A stretch of 63,064 bases of DNA, counting the filler, from Octopus bimaculoides (Eukaryota), in the NCBI RefSeq assembly GCF_001194135.2. It is 4 parts of 4 records of this genome, joined end to end, with 100 filler letters (N's around TTAATTAATTAA, not from the genome) between each part and the next. Parts side by side here need not be neighbours in the genome. Positions count along the whole stretch, not along the records: positions 47,948 to 60,851 come from NC_068982.1; positions 60,952 to 63,064 come from NW_026401029.1; 2 more parts are not named here. The stretch is one strand, 5' to 3'. The notes beneath the pieces were generated by a model. It was not told where the DNA came from and made no database searches. It saw only the letters and a program-made list of their open reading frames with translations. Below are positions 51,836 to 63,064 of this stretch, in pieces (the stretch's first letter is position 1; each line of letters starts with the position of its first letter). Both the position numbers and the translations under genes were made by a program.

Positions 51836-54800
51836 TGTGATGAATTTCCTTGGACAGAAGCATAATATTTTGTTAATAAATTGAACATTCTAATAGAAAA
51901 CGGAAAGAGAAATCGTGATAGTAGTAAGCAAGGAGTTACTGTAAATGGTTCATTTTCTTTCAAATACTCACACACATATATATACACATATATACATATA
52001 TATAGAAATGCATAAACATAATATATACACACACTTATGTATATATAATGTATGTACGTATGTGTGTAAGTATAAACGCAAATATAATGTATTTAATCAC
52101 ACACATACACATATGAGAAGTTCCACAATTGCGCTGTATATAATAAATAATAATAATACTAAGTATAGTAGTTACTTTACCACTATACTATAGGAAGAAT
52201 CTACGTGGAGCTCTAAATTTAATAGTAGTAGTCGTACATCTATCTGAACACATAAGGTACTCTACACACGCGCCCGCGCGCTCATACACACACACAGACA
52301 CACAGACACACGCACACATATATGTATAATTGCTTGTTCGTATGGTTATAGCTTACTTAAATCATGTGTGTGTGTGACTGAAAAAAGGTAAAAATGCAAC
52401 AGAAGAGATATCGAGATTCTTGATAATGTTCCTGTCTAATTAGATTGTTGTTAAGAAAGTCATACGACTGTCGTGTAGCTACAACCATAACTGAATGGGC
52501 CAGTTACCATATAAATTTTAACCGTGACCATCTGTGTTCTTTATATATGATTACATTATCCAATACGTATCTTCTTTTTTCTCTTTTTTTTTTTTGTATA
52601 ATGGTAGTGGGTAGCTTGACGCTTCAATGCTAGCGTATGGAACGTATATGTTGAGTGTTAACATTACATAAGGCTAAGATCATTCATTAACGTCTGTGAT
52701 TTGATTTCGATTTTATCCTGAAAGCAATTCCCTTCACGTTCACGGAGGAAATGGAACCTTTGTGACTGGTGAAAAGAAACCAATTTTTAGATTACATTTG
52801 TATTTGAATAATATTTAAACTTTTAGAATTTTTTTTTTTTTGTTCTTTAGAAAAATGTTTGAACTTGAGTAGAAAATGTATACATGTGACTTTGTCAATT
52901 TCTGACGAGCTGGAAAGGTGAAAAGTTTATTTTAAAAGTTTGAAGATTGGAAAGAGAGTACTCGGTGGAATTCTATAAAATCTGCTTTATTTCTCAATAG
53001 CTTCTATCATTGATTTTGTAAAAGAAAGAATTTTTGAAAAACAAAAAACAAAAAAAAAAGATATCATTTTGTGATTTGATTTTCAGCCAATTTTACAGTT
53101 TAGTGAATTATCAAAAAGAAAAATGGCGTAGGATTTGGATTTATCGTGTTTGAATCACGTTGCTACGCATAAAACATGGGAATTTGTTTATTTTGATAAT
53201 ATTTTACATTTTTCTATTTTATGATTACTTGTACAGGCGCTAATGCAGAATATATTATAGAAGATCAAATAACAATTCGTAGTCCGCATGCCAATTTTGA
53301 CCTTTCACTAGTCTATTTAGCTCTAAAAGTGACGGGAAATAGCTGTTCCCAGGAACTAAAACATCAATTTCGTACAGTTTCATTAAGCCAAGGACTTAAA
53401 ACCGTCTCTTCTGTGTCCAGTGCTCTAATTTCTAAAGATCAATTCCCTCTACTTTTCTATATATATGACCTCGCATGTATTTTAAAGCAAAATGAAACCG
53501 TTATCAGTCATTTAATTCTTGGGAACTCTAGCAGCGCAAGTAGAATGAACATACATTCATTGATATTAGGAAATGGAAGCCATTATACCAAGCCATTTGG
53601 CTTGTATAATCGTTACACGAGATACATACGACTTTCTCTGACTTAATTTGTGGTCCAGTTTAAAGTCAACGTCTGACTCTTAGGTGATTTATAGTCTAGT
53701 CTGTTATAAACATTCGAGCTAGGTCACTGTTTTAAGGATAATCTATGAGTTATAGTTCCTTCTTTTCCTTTACCCTTGTAGTCTCGAAAGCCATAAAGGA
53801 GTCATGTCTGCTATCCTTTCTTCTATGATTATGCGATAAAATGGAACCGCCTTAAATAATTTAGATAGATTGCTTTCTTCCGATTGAAGACAGATCCTGG
53901 CTTTGACAAGGTATATTGTAAACGGATTTGATACTCAGTATATGACTGGTGGTTACTAGGAAAGAGAAATTTATGTGGAAATTCAGAGGATATAGAGTTA
54001 GACTGTATAAACAAGAATAAAATTACAATAAAGCATTTAGATCGGAACTCTACTATTTCTTCCATTTAGAGAAGAAACGAATCAAGCAAAGAACCCTTGT
54101 GCGCTTATATAAGATATACAATTGAGGCCAAAACTTTGGAACATTTTTTTGAAAATTGAAATTCTAATGCCCAAGTACAATGCGATTCAAATAAAACTTT
54201 GGGCATTTAATATATAAATTCTAATTTTCAGACCTGTGTTCCAAACCTTTGGCCACGACTGTAACAATCTTATCTTCCATAATCCAAACACATAAACTTA
54301 AAAAAAAAAAAAAAAAAAAGTGAAGACATGTTAGATGTTATAATTCTAGACGATTTGTGTTTTTAGAAAAGATGATATGGTAAAACTTGGATCAACTTTG
54401 ATAATAATTCTACTTGTTTGGGGATATTAAGCAACAACAACAACAACATCAACAACTGAGAAACTTAATTACACCAAAAAATATAATGTATTACATCAAG
54501 AAATATAATGATTTCTAAATTTGACGCACATTTGTAGGTTTAAGTTCTTCATTTCTGATACCGTCAGGTCGGCAGAACCCCCATGGGGACTTTGACAAGC
54601 ATATATGTTTGTCAAGGATTATTTGTCCGATAATACAGAGTTGTTACCCAGTTGCCTTCTTAGTGTCGGTAATTTTCCTTTTTTTTCTTTTATTTGTATT
54701 ACATGACACTTTCTTGTTGGTTACATGTAATTCTTAGAGTGATAGAACGAACAGAAAGAAGAATTGCCGTCACTTTTTTGGCTGATACTTTATTTACAAA

Positions 54801-55448
54801 ACCTCGTTTTATCAAAGTTGGTCCTTTTGTGATTTGAACTCCAGAAACATAGAACAAAAGGAAAAGTTAAAGGCAATTTAATCAATTGCAGTATACTTTA
54901 CTTTATAGACCCTGAGACAAATATAAAAAAAAAGAAGCAAAATCCGCCCTTAAAGTTAGAATGTAAAAAGGACAAAGCTAAACTGTATAAAACATTTAGT
55001 CTGGCGTTGTTACAATGCTTGCCAGTCTTCTGCTATTTTACAAAGTAATAAAAGATAATGTTTGTACTGAAGTGTGCTTCTTTGAAGTCCAGAAAGTTAA
55101 ACTTCATCAACAGGCCATTGTAACTGACCCGTTGACGTAATTTTTCTTCATATACATACCAAAGACATGAAACTCTTCTCCTTACTTCTTTAGGTGGATA
55201 AAAGTATCCCCTGTATTAACACTAGTATCAATAGATTTAAAGAACTGATATAACTCGTATAGATAGATTTAAAGAAATTATAATGCAAAATGCTAAATTT
55301 CACAACAACGCTCGAGCGATGTAAGTTAAGAAATTAAAAACTGAATTTGATAAACTAAGTGATTTGTAGAAATGCTTGCTGTATTTACTGCTACTTAGAA
55401 TCGAACCAGTGTCAATTTGCCATGTCATTATGTACGCCCTATGAAATG

Positions 55449-55661
55449 TGGCGAGCCGGCAGAATCGTTAGCACGCCGGGCCAAATGCTTAACAGTATTT
55501 CATCTGTCTTCACGTTCTGAGTTCAAATTCTGCCGAGGTCGACTTTGACTTTCATCTTTTTGGGGTCGATAAAATAGGTACCAGTTGAGTACTGGGGTCA
55601 ATGTAATCAACTATCTCCCTCCCACGAAGTTTCAGGCCTTGTTCCTATTGTAGAAAGGATC
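55449..55661 (+). mobile_element. SINE family A with ~14-bp TSD
   Basis: Full family A body; TSD ATGTACGCCCTATG (55430-55443) / ATGTATGCCCTATG (55662-55675). Confidence 0.9.
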
Positions 55662-55717
55662 ATGTATGCCCTATGTTGATTGATGCATATTTAGCCCCTA
55701 ATATTAATTATTTCATA

Positions 55718-55930
55718 GGGTAACGAGCTGGTAGAATCGTTACCGCGCCGGAGAAAATGCTTAGGGGCACTACTTCCGGCTTTACGTTCTCAGATTAAAT
55801 GCCGCCGGGTTCGACCTTGCCTTTCATCCTTCCGAGGTCGATAAAATAAGTACCAGTTGAGCACTGGGGTTGATGTAATCGACTTGCACCTTCCCTCACA
55901 ATTGCTGGTCTTGTACCAAAATCTGAAACC
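55718..55930 (+). mobile_element. SINE family A
   Basis: GAGCTGGTAGAATCGTT...TTGCCTTTCATCCTTCCGAGGTCGATAAAATAAGTACCAGTTG. Confidence 0.9.
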
Positions 55931-55948
55931 AATATTACTTATTTCATA

Positions 55949-56154
55949 TGGCAGCGAGCTGGCTAAATCGTTAGCACGCCGGGGAAAATGCTTAGCGGTA
56001 TTACGTCTGTCGTTACGTTATTAGTTCAAATACAGCTCGACTGCCTTTTCTCCTTTCGGGGTTGATAAAATAAGCGCCAGTTGTACACTGGGGACGATGT
56101 TATAGACTTACCTCCTCCCCCGAAATTTCTGGCCTTGCGTCAACATTTTAAATC
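55949..56154 (+). mobile_element. SINE family A
   Basis: GCGAGCTGGCTAAATCGTTAGCACGCCGGG...CCTTTCGGGGTTGATAAAATAAG. Confidence 0.85.
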
Positions 56155-58559
56155 AATATTAATTATTTCATAACTGATTCATTGTTGTAGTTGTTGCTCT
56201 GGCGGCAGTGGTTGTTGTTTTGCAGGTTGTTATTGTTATTGATGTCGTTGTCATCGCTACTGTTACTTAGCTGCAGTTTCGTATAGACTGAGTAGAGTTA
56301 TTAGTAAAGGCTATTCAATCATGATCACCTCGTCTCTTTTGTACATTTAGCACTGCGTTATTCAATGCATCATTTCCTCCTGATATGGAAGCATGTTATT
56401 TGAAGAAATTCAGTAGTTATTTCTAGTAAATCAGACAACCATATAGGTATTCTTTTCTGGCTCACGATGCTCCTGCTTTAGCTCGCTGAGGCATACTTTA
56501 GTCTTCGTCTCCATGTAGCTTATCCATTATATATGAGTATAGAAGAAGCCTTCTATATAAATTTGATCATTGGACGATTTCAACACACAACACATTCAAC
56601 GTACTACTCTGGTGCTGGATGCACCCAGTGTTCAACTATAAAGACTGATCAAACCAGAATTCTGCATCTAGTCTTTGAACTCCACATTGGTGCCTGCGAT
56701 GGAATCGACATACTAACTACTGAGATCAGGTCTGAGGGGTCAACAGCCACTACTAGCTGCAACCCCCCACAAAAGATCTAAAGAATAACGTAGCATATGC
56801 AATTATTTGTATTCGATATTAATCGATAAGTATTGGATATAAGCTGAATTTGATACTTCCTTCACATTGTGTGAAGTCGATTATGTACAGTTTCACCTCA
56901 GTGCATCCACAATAGCAGCCAATAATTTCATGATTAGTTATAAAGATAGTTTCAACGCTTTATACCAATATTGTTGTCTATGGATCAAGAATATGCAGCA
57001 TGGTATTGTTTACAGTATAATAAATTACATATGAACAGACAAAAGGAAGGAGCTTTTATGTGGTCAGTCGAATTAGTAGAAATAGCAGCCAAAATCACAT
57101 CCTACATTTTAAGGCACAGAAATGATACATTAGATAATAAATTCTTACAGACCCTTTAAAAGTTTTTAAGGCTGGTATTTTGTTCGTAAGTTTGCTTTAT
57201 CAGGGTGGATCTGGGTTAAAACATCAACGATAGCAATGTATAATTGGATGATTTTCGGAGAGGGGACTCACATAGTTACTCGACTAGCTAGAAATAGCAG
57301 CTAAATCTCCCTCCTATCATACACACGCTCTGATTTTAAAGATGGACGCATGGAATAATATATTTTTAGATGCATTGTGCATGAAAAAATGACCACCTTT
57401 ATGGTTGAAATGATTTTCCTCGCAGGTCAGCTAGAATCAGAGTTGACCTTGGTTTAAGCAACATTCAGAACATAGAAACAGAGAATATGCAAAATTCCAC
57501 CTTATAAAATGTAGGGTCGAGTTAAATGTACCACCCCCACCGCCATATGCACAATTTATCTGCATCACCCGAGTGCATTCTTCATGTGCATATCTAACAT
57601 TTGTCAAGTTGCATAATTGCAAGATAAATTTTACCTAATATTTACCAAAATTTAATGACTACATTCAGAGGATCATTAGAGCGTCGGACAAAATCCCTTG
57701 CGCTATTTTTTCTGACTCTTCACGCTCTGGTTTCAAATCCACGCGGAAATCAAATTCGGCTTTTTTCACTTCCGGGCTCGTTGAAAAAAAGTACCTGTGA
57801 AAATATAGATCAATTTCGCAAGGTTTGTGGCCTTGCCCAAGTGGGCTGGCAGAGCCGTTAGAGCAACAGAAAAAAATGCTATGTTGAATCGATAGTTTGG
57901 TTTTCCTTCTTTCTATTTTTCGTACACATTGTTATTGTTTCGGTCAGCATTAATAGTGGCAATGGTAGTATTGGTTGTGCTGCTTTTACATGTCTTTTCA
58001 TCTGTTTTGTTTTCATCAGGCATTGTTATTTTTCTTCATATATTCTCAGTTAACAGGTAATAGTGGAAAACTGGTAGTGTATTAGCTGTTGGAACAGCTA
58101 GTGTTCTCTGGATTTGTGAAACCACATATTTTTTAAAATCTGTAACTTCGTCATTAAGAACTCTCAAAATTTGCTCCCCCAGAGTATATTGGTTGGCTTC
58201 GTCATAAAATGGTACAATAAATGACAAAATTACGTTCTTCGATACAATAGATTTAAATAACAATTAATGAGCTCCAAAACGAGTCTTTCTCTTGCAAATA
58301 CTATAATAATAGAAAGAGGCTGTCTTTAGTTCTTTCAGTCTCGTTCGCCCATATCCTCTTTTCTTACTAGACAGAGGAAATATTTGACTGCTCTTCGAGA
58401 CCAAAAGATATCGGTGTCGATCTTCAAGATGGACCAGATCAGTAGCCGAATTTGGGCATTGAACGAGTGCGTGCAAATCGGTTTTGTTACTGTACGCTCA
58501 TCTCGGCTGACGGTACTTCTGTGTCTGCTGTGTTTGTCACAAAGCGGAAATTCTAACAC

Positions 58560-59180
58560 TGGAAGCACAACTACCTTAGATGAGAGAGGACAGTCATAAT
58601 GAAACAACTGCGAGAAGACAGCCATGAGGAAATAACTGGGAGAGGACAGCCATGAGAAAAGATCCCGATAGCTGTTCATTTACTTTAATCACCGAGGATT
58701 GAAGCGATTCAACCTCTACCAACGGGACTGAAGCCAATTGCCTTGATTACAGCAGCCAAATAGCGAGAGCCGATCCAATCGATAGCTTTCCATTGGTCTG
58801 AAACAATCAACTCCATAATGTATTGTATGAGGTGAAGCTCTACGTCTTCCCTACCAAAACATTAACAAGAGCCAGTCATTTTGCTAACACTCTGGCCTGA
58901 ATCTCCAATTCTGTGTTCAATAGAGTCGTAGATTTGAAATTATTAATTAATATTCCTTCATTCGGGTCTTTTCCCAGCAATGTCATCACCTTCTGTCTTG
59001 GAATTCCTATTGGAACTGGAATTGGAATCCTCAAGTTCTGTTGCCAATTGCAGTAGATGTGAACCAAGACGTCGGCGAAAGAGTCTGACATAGATACGTA
59101 AAGCTCGTAGGGCAAACTATCCAAACCAAGTGTTTTGCTGTTCGTACAACTCCTTATCACCACCTAAAACTCACAAGTCC
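58560..59180 (-). mobile_element. L1/Tx1-clade LINE reverse transcriptase relic
   Basis: KTLGLDSLPYELY...LLGKDPNEGILINNFKSTTLLNTELEIQARVLAK (cf. KSPGLDGLPYEFY...NFRPITLLNxDxKILAKVLA), then RYLAAVIKAIGFSPVGRG*I and SVIKVNEQLSGSF. Confidence 0.8.
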
Positions 59181-60486
59181 CACTGAGAACTGCATCAGAC
59201 CGTCAAGGTAGGTACTAAAATCTTCCAGCAGCTTCGGCATCACTGCTACTGCTACCGTTGTGGATGCTTCTTCTATTATTGCTTTTGATGTTACTTTTCA
59301 TGGTGTCGTTGATGATGTTGCTTTCTTATTGAAGTTGCTATTACTACCACTGCTATAGTTGTACGCTGCTGATGCTGCTAGTGTTGTAGTTGTTGTCGTT
59401 GTCGTGTTGACAGCAGCTAATTTCACTTGAAGACTCTTAGTTGGTTTGCAGTACCATACAGGGGACATCACCTTTTGCTCTCTGCCGCCACAAACAAAAA
59501 ATATCCAACAGAACAACCATATCAGGGATTACTTGGTGTCCGACTCATCCACCTGGATCAAGAGTCCTGTCATTATCTCCCAGTTCTCTATGTTCAACTT
59601 GTGCAACTCTAGTACCGTAATTTCATCTCAAAAGTAGACCAAGACGGCAGCCACCAGTCAGAAGAATATTATTTCAAGTACATCATACACCACCATCATC
59701 TTCATCGCACGTCAGCCTAGGTATCAGCATATGGGAACTAATTCCTCAATTCTGAAAGTGCTGTGGCTCGATCTACTCTGTCTCATCTCAGAAACAAATA
59801 TCTGACCTCGACCGTTCCAATGACGAGTAAATGTTGATTGGGAAAACGAATTTCAAATACCTGTTTTTAATTTGGCTCTTGTACCTGTTTAAATCTTAGC
59901 TCTGTATATTGATTTATATGCCTCTTGTACGGCCAAAATAACTTTCCTTCTTTCCTCACCAAATTTATGGTTAGGAAGGGAATAATATTTTGTGGGTGGT
60001 GTTGTCATCACTGGAAATCTTATTTCTTTTTCATATTTGTTTTTGTTATATTGTTGTTGCTTTCTGTGTGCTTTCTTTTACAAACGTTTCCTATTTTGGC
60101 TATTGTTACTTCTTCTCTCCTCAATGGACATCTCAACAACTACTTCTCCAACGTTTTCTCTTTTTGAAGAGCACACCTTCAGGGACAGCTTGCGCTTTAC
60201 TGGCTGGCACTCGAATTCGTTACTGAGCTAAATATTTTTCGAAAAGTTCTAATATTTTTGGGAAGAACAGTTTTTTAAAGTTATTTTTAGCCCCTCAGGA
60301 ACAACCAGTGTCTCAAAGTTTAGGTTAACTCCGCAACAAAATGCACAAAAAAAAAAAAAAAATTACAAAAATCTGTAAAAAGGAAAATATTTAACGATAA
60401 TTGGAGCATCTATAGACAGGAGGGAAACGCGTTTTACACGGTTAAAAGAAACTATACTACTACTACTACTAATAATAATAATAATG

Positions 60487-60704
60487 TTTTCTGCTCTAGG
60501 CACAAGAGCCCGAAATTTTTGAGGAGTGGAGGGAGCAATCGGTTTGATTGACCCCAGTTCGCAACAGGTACTTAATTTACCAACTCCGAAAGGATGAAAG
60601 GCAAAGTCGACCTCGGCAGAATTTGAACTCAGAACGTAGCGACGGGCGAAATACCGTTAAGCGTTTCGTCCAGTGTGCTAAAGATTCTGCCAGCTCGCCG
60701 CCTT
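60487..60704 (-). mobile_element. SINE family A, full length
   Basis: GGATGAAAGGCAAAGTCGACCTCGGCAGAATTTGAACTCAGAACGT...GATTCTGCCAGCTCGCCGCC; (AAT)n tract at 60705-60815 on its 5' side. Confidence 0.9.
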
Positions 60705-60705
60705 C

Positions 60706-60821
<116 letters not shown>

Positions 60822-60851
60822 TTTTAAAAAGGCCTTTGATAGCCTACCACA

Positions 60852-60951
60852 NNNNNNNNNNNNNNNNNNNNNNNNNNNNNNNNNNNNNNNNNNNNTTAAT
60901 TAATTAANNNNNNNNNNNNNNNNNNNNNNNNNNNNNNNNNNNNNNNNNNNN
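60852..60951. other. Artificial scaffold-join placeholder 44N-TTAATTAATTAA-44N
   Basis: Same cassette as 21220-21319. Confidence 0.95.
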
Positions 60952-62544
60952 AAATAAACACATTTTACTACCGAATGCGAGGAAAAGCAACTCTTAAAAA
61001 AGAACCTTTTTTTAAAAAATCAACTCAACTATGTATCGACCGATTTCACGATTACCAGAATGAAATCTAGTTTTCGCTCGTCAGCATAGTATAGTACCAA
61101 TATATATAAATAAACAAAATCCTCACCTTACCAAAACGAACACGTTATGTATCCGACATAGCAAAAGGAATAATGTTTATCCCTATACATCTCTGCAAAA
61201 AAGCTGGAATCTTTTTGAGTTGCTCTCGGTACACGTGTCTAAAACGGAATAAAATTCAGCACTGAATATTCCGGGTATATATTTAATTAATAAATTCAAT
61301 AATGGGATAAAAATCTTTTACAAGAATTTTATCAGGAAACTAGCGTGCAAAAAAATTGATGAGGGAAATTTCTATTCCCAAGAATATAATTATTCGTTTA
61401 TATTTATATAAGGGCATTACTACAGAATAATGCCACACACTAGACTGCCCAAATAAATACAATTTGCTACCGAATGCGAGGATTGGTTTGCAAGATTCTT
61501 TATGTGAGTTTGTGTGTTGAAGCATATTCTGTTGTGTCTGAGGGGAGTCATTCTCTTTTAGTGCCTTATAATTNNNNNNNNNNNNNNNNNNNNNNNNNNN
61601 NNNNNNNNNNNNNNNNNNNNNNNNNNNNNNNNNNNNNNNNNNNNNNNNNNNNNNNNNNNNNNNNNNNNNNNNNNNNNNNNNNNNNNNNNNNNNNNNNNNN
61701 NNNNNNNNNNNNNNNNNNNNNNNNNNNNNNNNNNNNNNNNNNNNNNNNNNNNNNNNNNNNNNNNNNNNNNNNNNNNNNNNNNNNNNNNNNNNNNNNNNNN
61801 NNNNNNNNNNNNNNNNNNNNNNNNNNNNNNNNNNNNNNNNNNNNNNNNNNNNNNNNNNNNNNNNNNNNNNNNNNNNNNNNNNNNNNNNNNNNNNNNNNNN
61901 NNNNNNNNNNNNNNNNNNNNNNNNNNNNNNNNNNNNNNNNNNNNNNNNNNNNNNNNNNNNNNNNNNNNNNNNNNNNNNNNNNNNNNNNNNNNNNNNNNNN
62001 NNNNNNNNNNNNNNNNNNNNNNNNNNNNNNNNNNNNNNNNNNNNNNNNNNNNNNNNNNNNNNNNNNNNNNNNNNNNNNNNNNNNNNNNNNNNNNNNNNNN
62101 NNNNNNNNNNNNNNNNNNNNNNNNNNNNNNNNNNNNNNNNNNNNNNNNNNNNNNNNNNNNNNNNNNNNNNNNNNNNNNNNNNNNNNNNNNNNNNNNNNNN
62201 NNNNNNNNNNNNNNNNNNNNNNNNNNNNNNNNNNNNNNNNNNNNNNNNNNNNNNNNNNNNNNNNNNNNNNNNNNNNNNNNNNNNNNNNNNNNNNNNNNNN
62301 NNNNNNNNNNNNNNNNNNNNNNNNNNNNNNNNNNNNGTTTCTGTTCTTCATTTGCGTATGTGTGTGCTAGTCTGTTCATATTATCTATGTACCTATCCGT
62401 CTGTATGCCGATTTGTTTACTTTCATATCAATTTGCCTACATACATGTGCATATACATATACATAGACACACACGTACATACATTTACATAACAGCCCAC
62501 TAACTATTCTACCTGTATATAAATATAAACTGTGGGTATGTGGG

Positions 62545-63064
62545 TATGATTATCCACTACGTATATTTCCTATTTAGTACTGGGGATGTTTCATTTATGA
62601 GGACGTACTCTTGTATTTGTCTGAGTTATAGGTCCTTTGGGTGCTTGGATAAAATGCGGATGTGAAGTTGACCCTGGTTGCCTCCATGTTGGTCCTTGAT
62701 ATGGTCGAGTATGGAAGATTGTTTTTTGTCGTCATATTGTCTCAAATATCCATTTAGTCTTTCTGCAATGATCCAAGATGTCTCTCCTATGTATATCATG
62801 TTCATGTCTTTACAAGCATCTTCTATGCATCTTATGCTGTAGGCTACATTTCTAGTTCTATAGTTAATGCCAGGGCTAATCCTATATACCATGCAGTTAT
62901 CATTGGTGCATACGGTATTCTCAAAGGGGTTTCGTCCTACATAGTTGTGATCTGATGGAGGTCCCTGACTTTTCAACAATCTTAATGTTGAGTTTGGTCT
63001 CCTTTAGAGTTTTCCTAAATCTACGGGCCAGTTCTCCATGGGCTGTGGCCTCTACAAACATCAC
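62545..63064 (-). mobile_element. Penelope-like element GIY-YIG endonuclease domain (runs off the window end)
   Basis: ORF 62626..62979: C..C..C...RNVAYSIRC...YIGETS..IAERL...SSILDHIKDQHGG; continues past a stop as LRQIQEYVLINETSPVLNRK. Confidence 0.85.

Noticed and set aside
56533-56781. 82-aa ORF in a slightly GC-richer patch
   Set aside because: No motif in either strand, and no convincing splice context.

Overview
This is an AT-rich, microsatellite-saturated, gap-riddled animal genomic window with no host protein-coding gene that I can support; most long ORFs in the track are artefacts of N-gaps or simple repeats. The SINE families, microsatellite density and TTAGGG-type repeat point to an octopod cephalopod (inference). 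The content is mostly mobile DNA: R4/Dong-clade RLE LINE fragments, one RTE LINE 3' half, one L1/Tx1-like RT relic, three Penelope-like relics, a mariner relic, several MITE/foldback elements, a Helitron-like 3' end and at least three tRNA-derived SINE families. The most structured region is 20.9-27.5 kb. There, co-oriented Dong-like LINE 3' ends are stacked at or near (TAA)n tracts. One of them is fused directly to a ~1.2 kb degenerate (TTAGGG)n array, and another is fused to the 5' half of a ~480 bp TAA-tailed non-coding repeat. Both have the architecture expected of template-switch chimeras. All calls are by eye, without database searches, and boundaries are approximate unless a junction is quoted.
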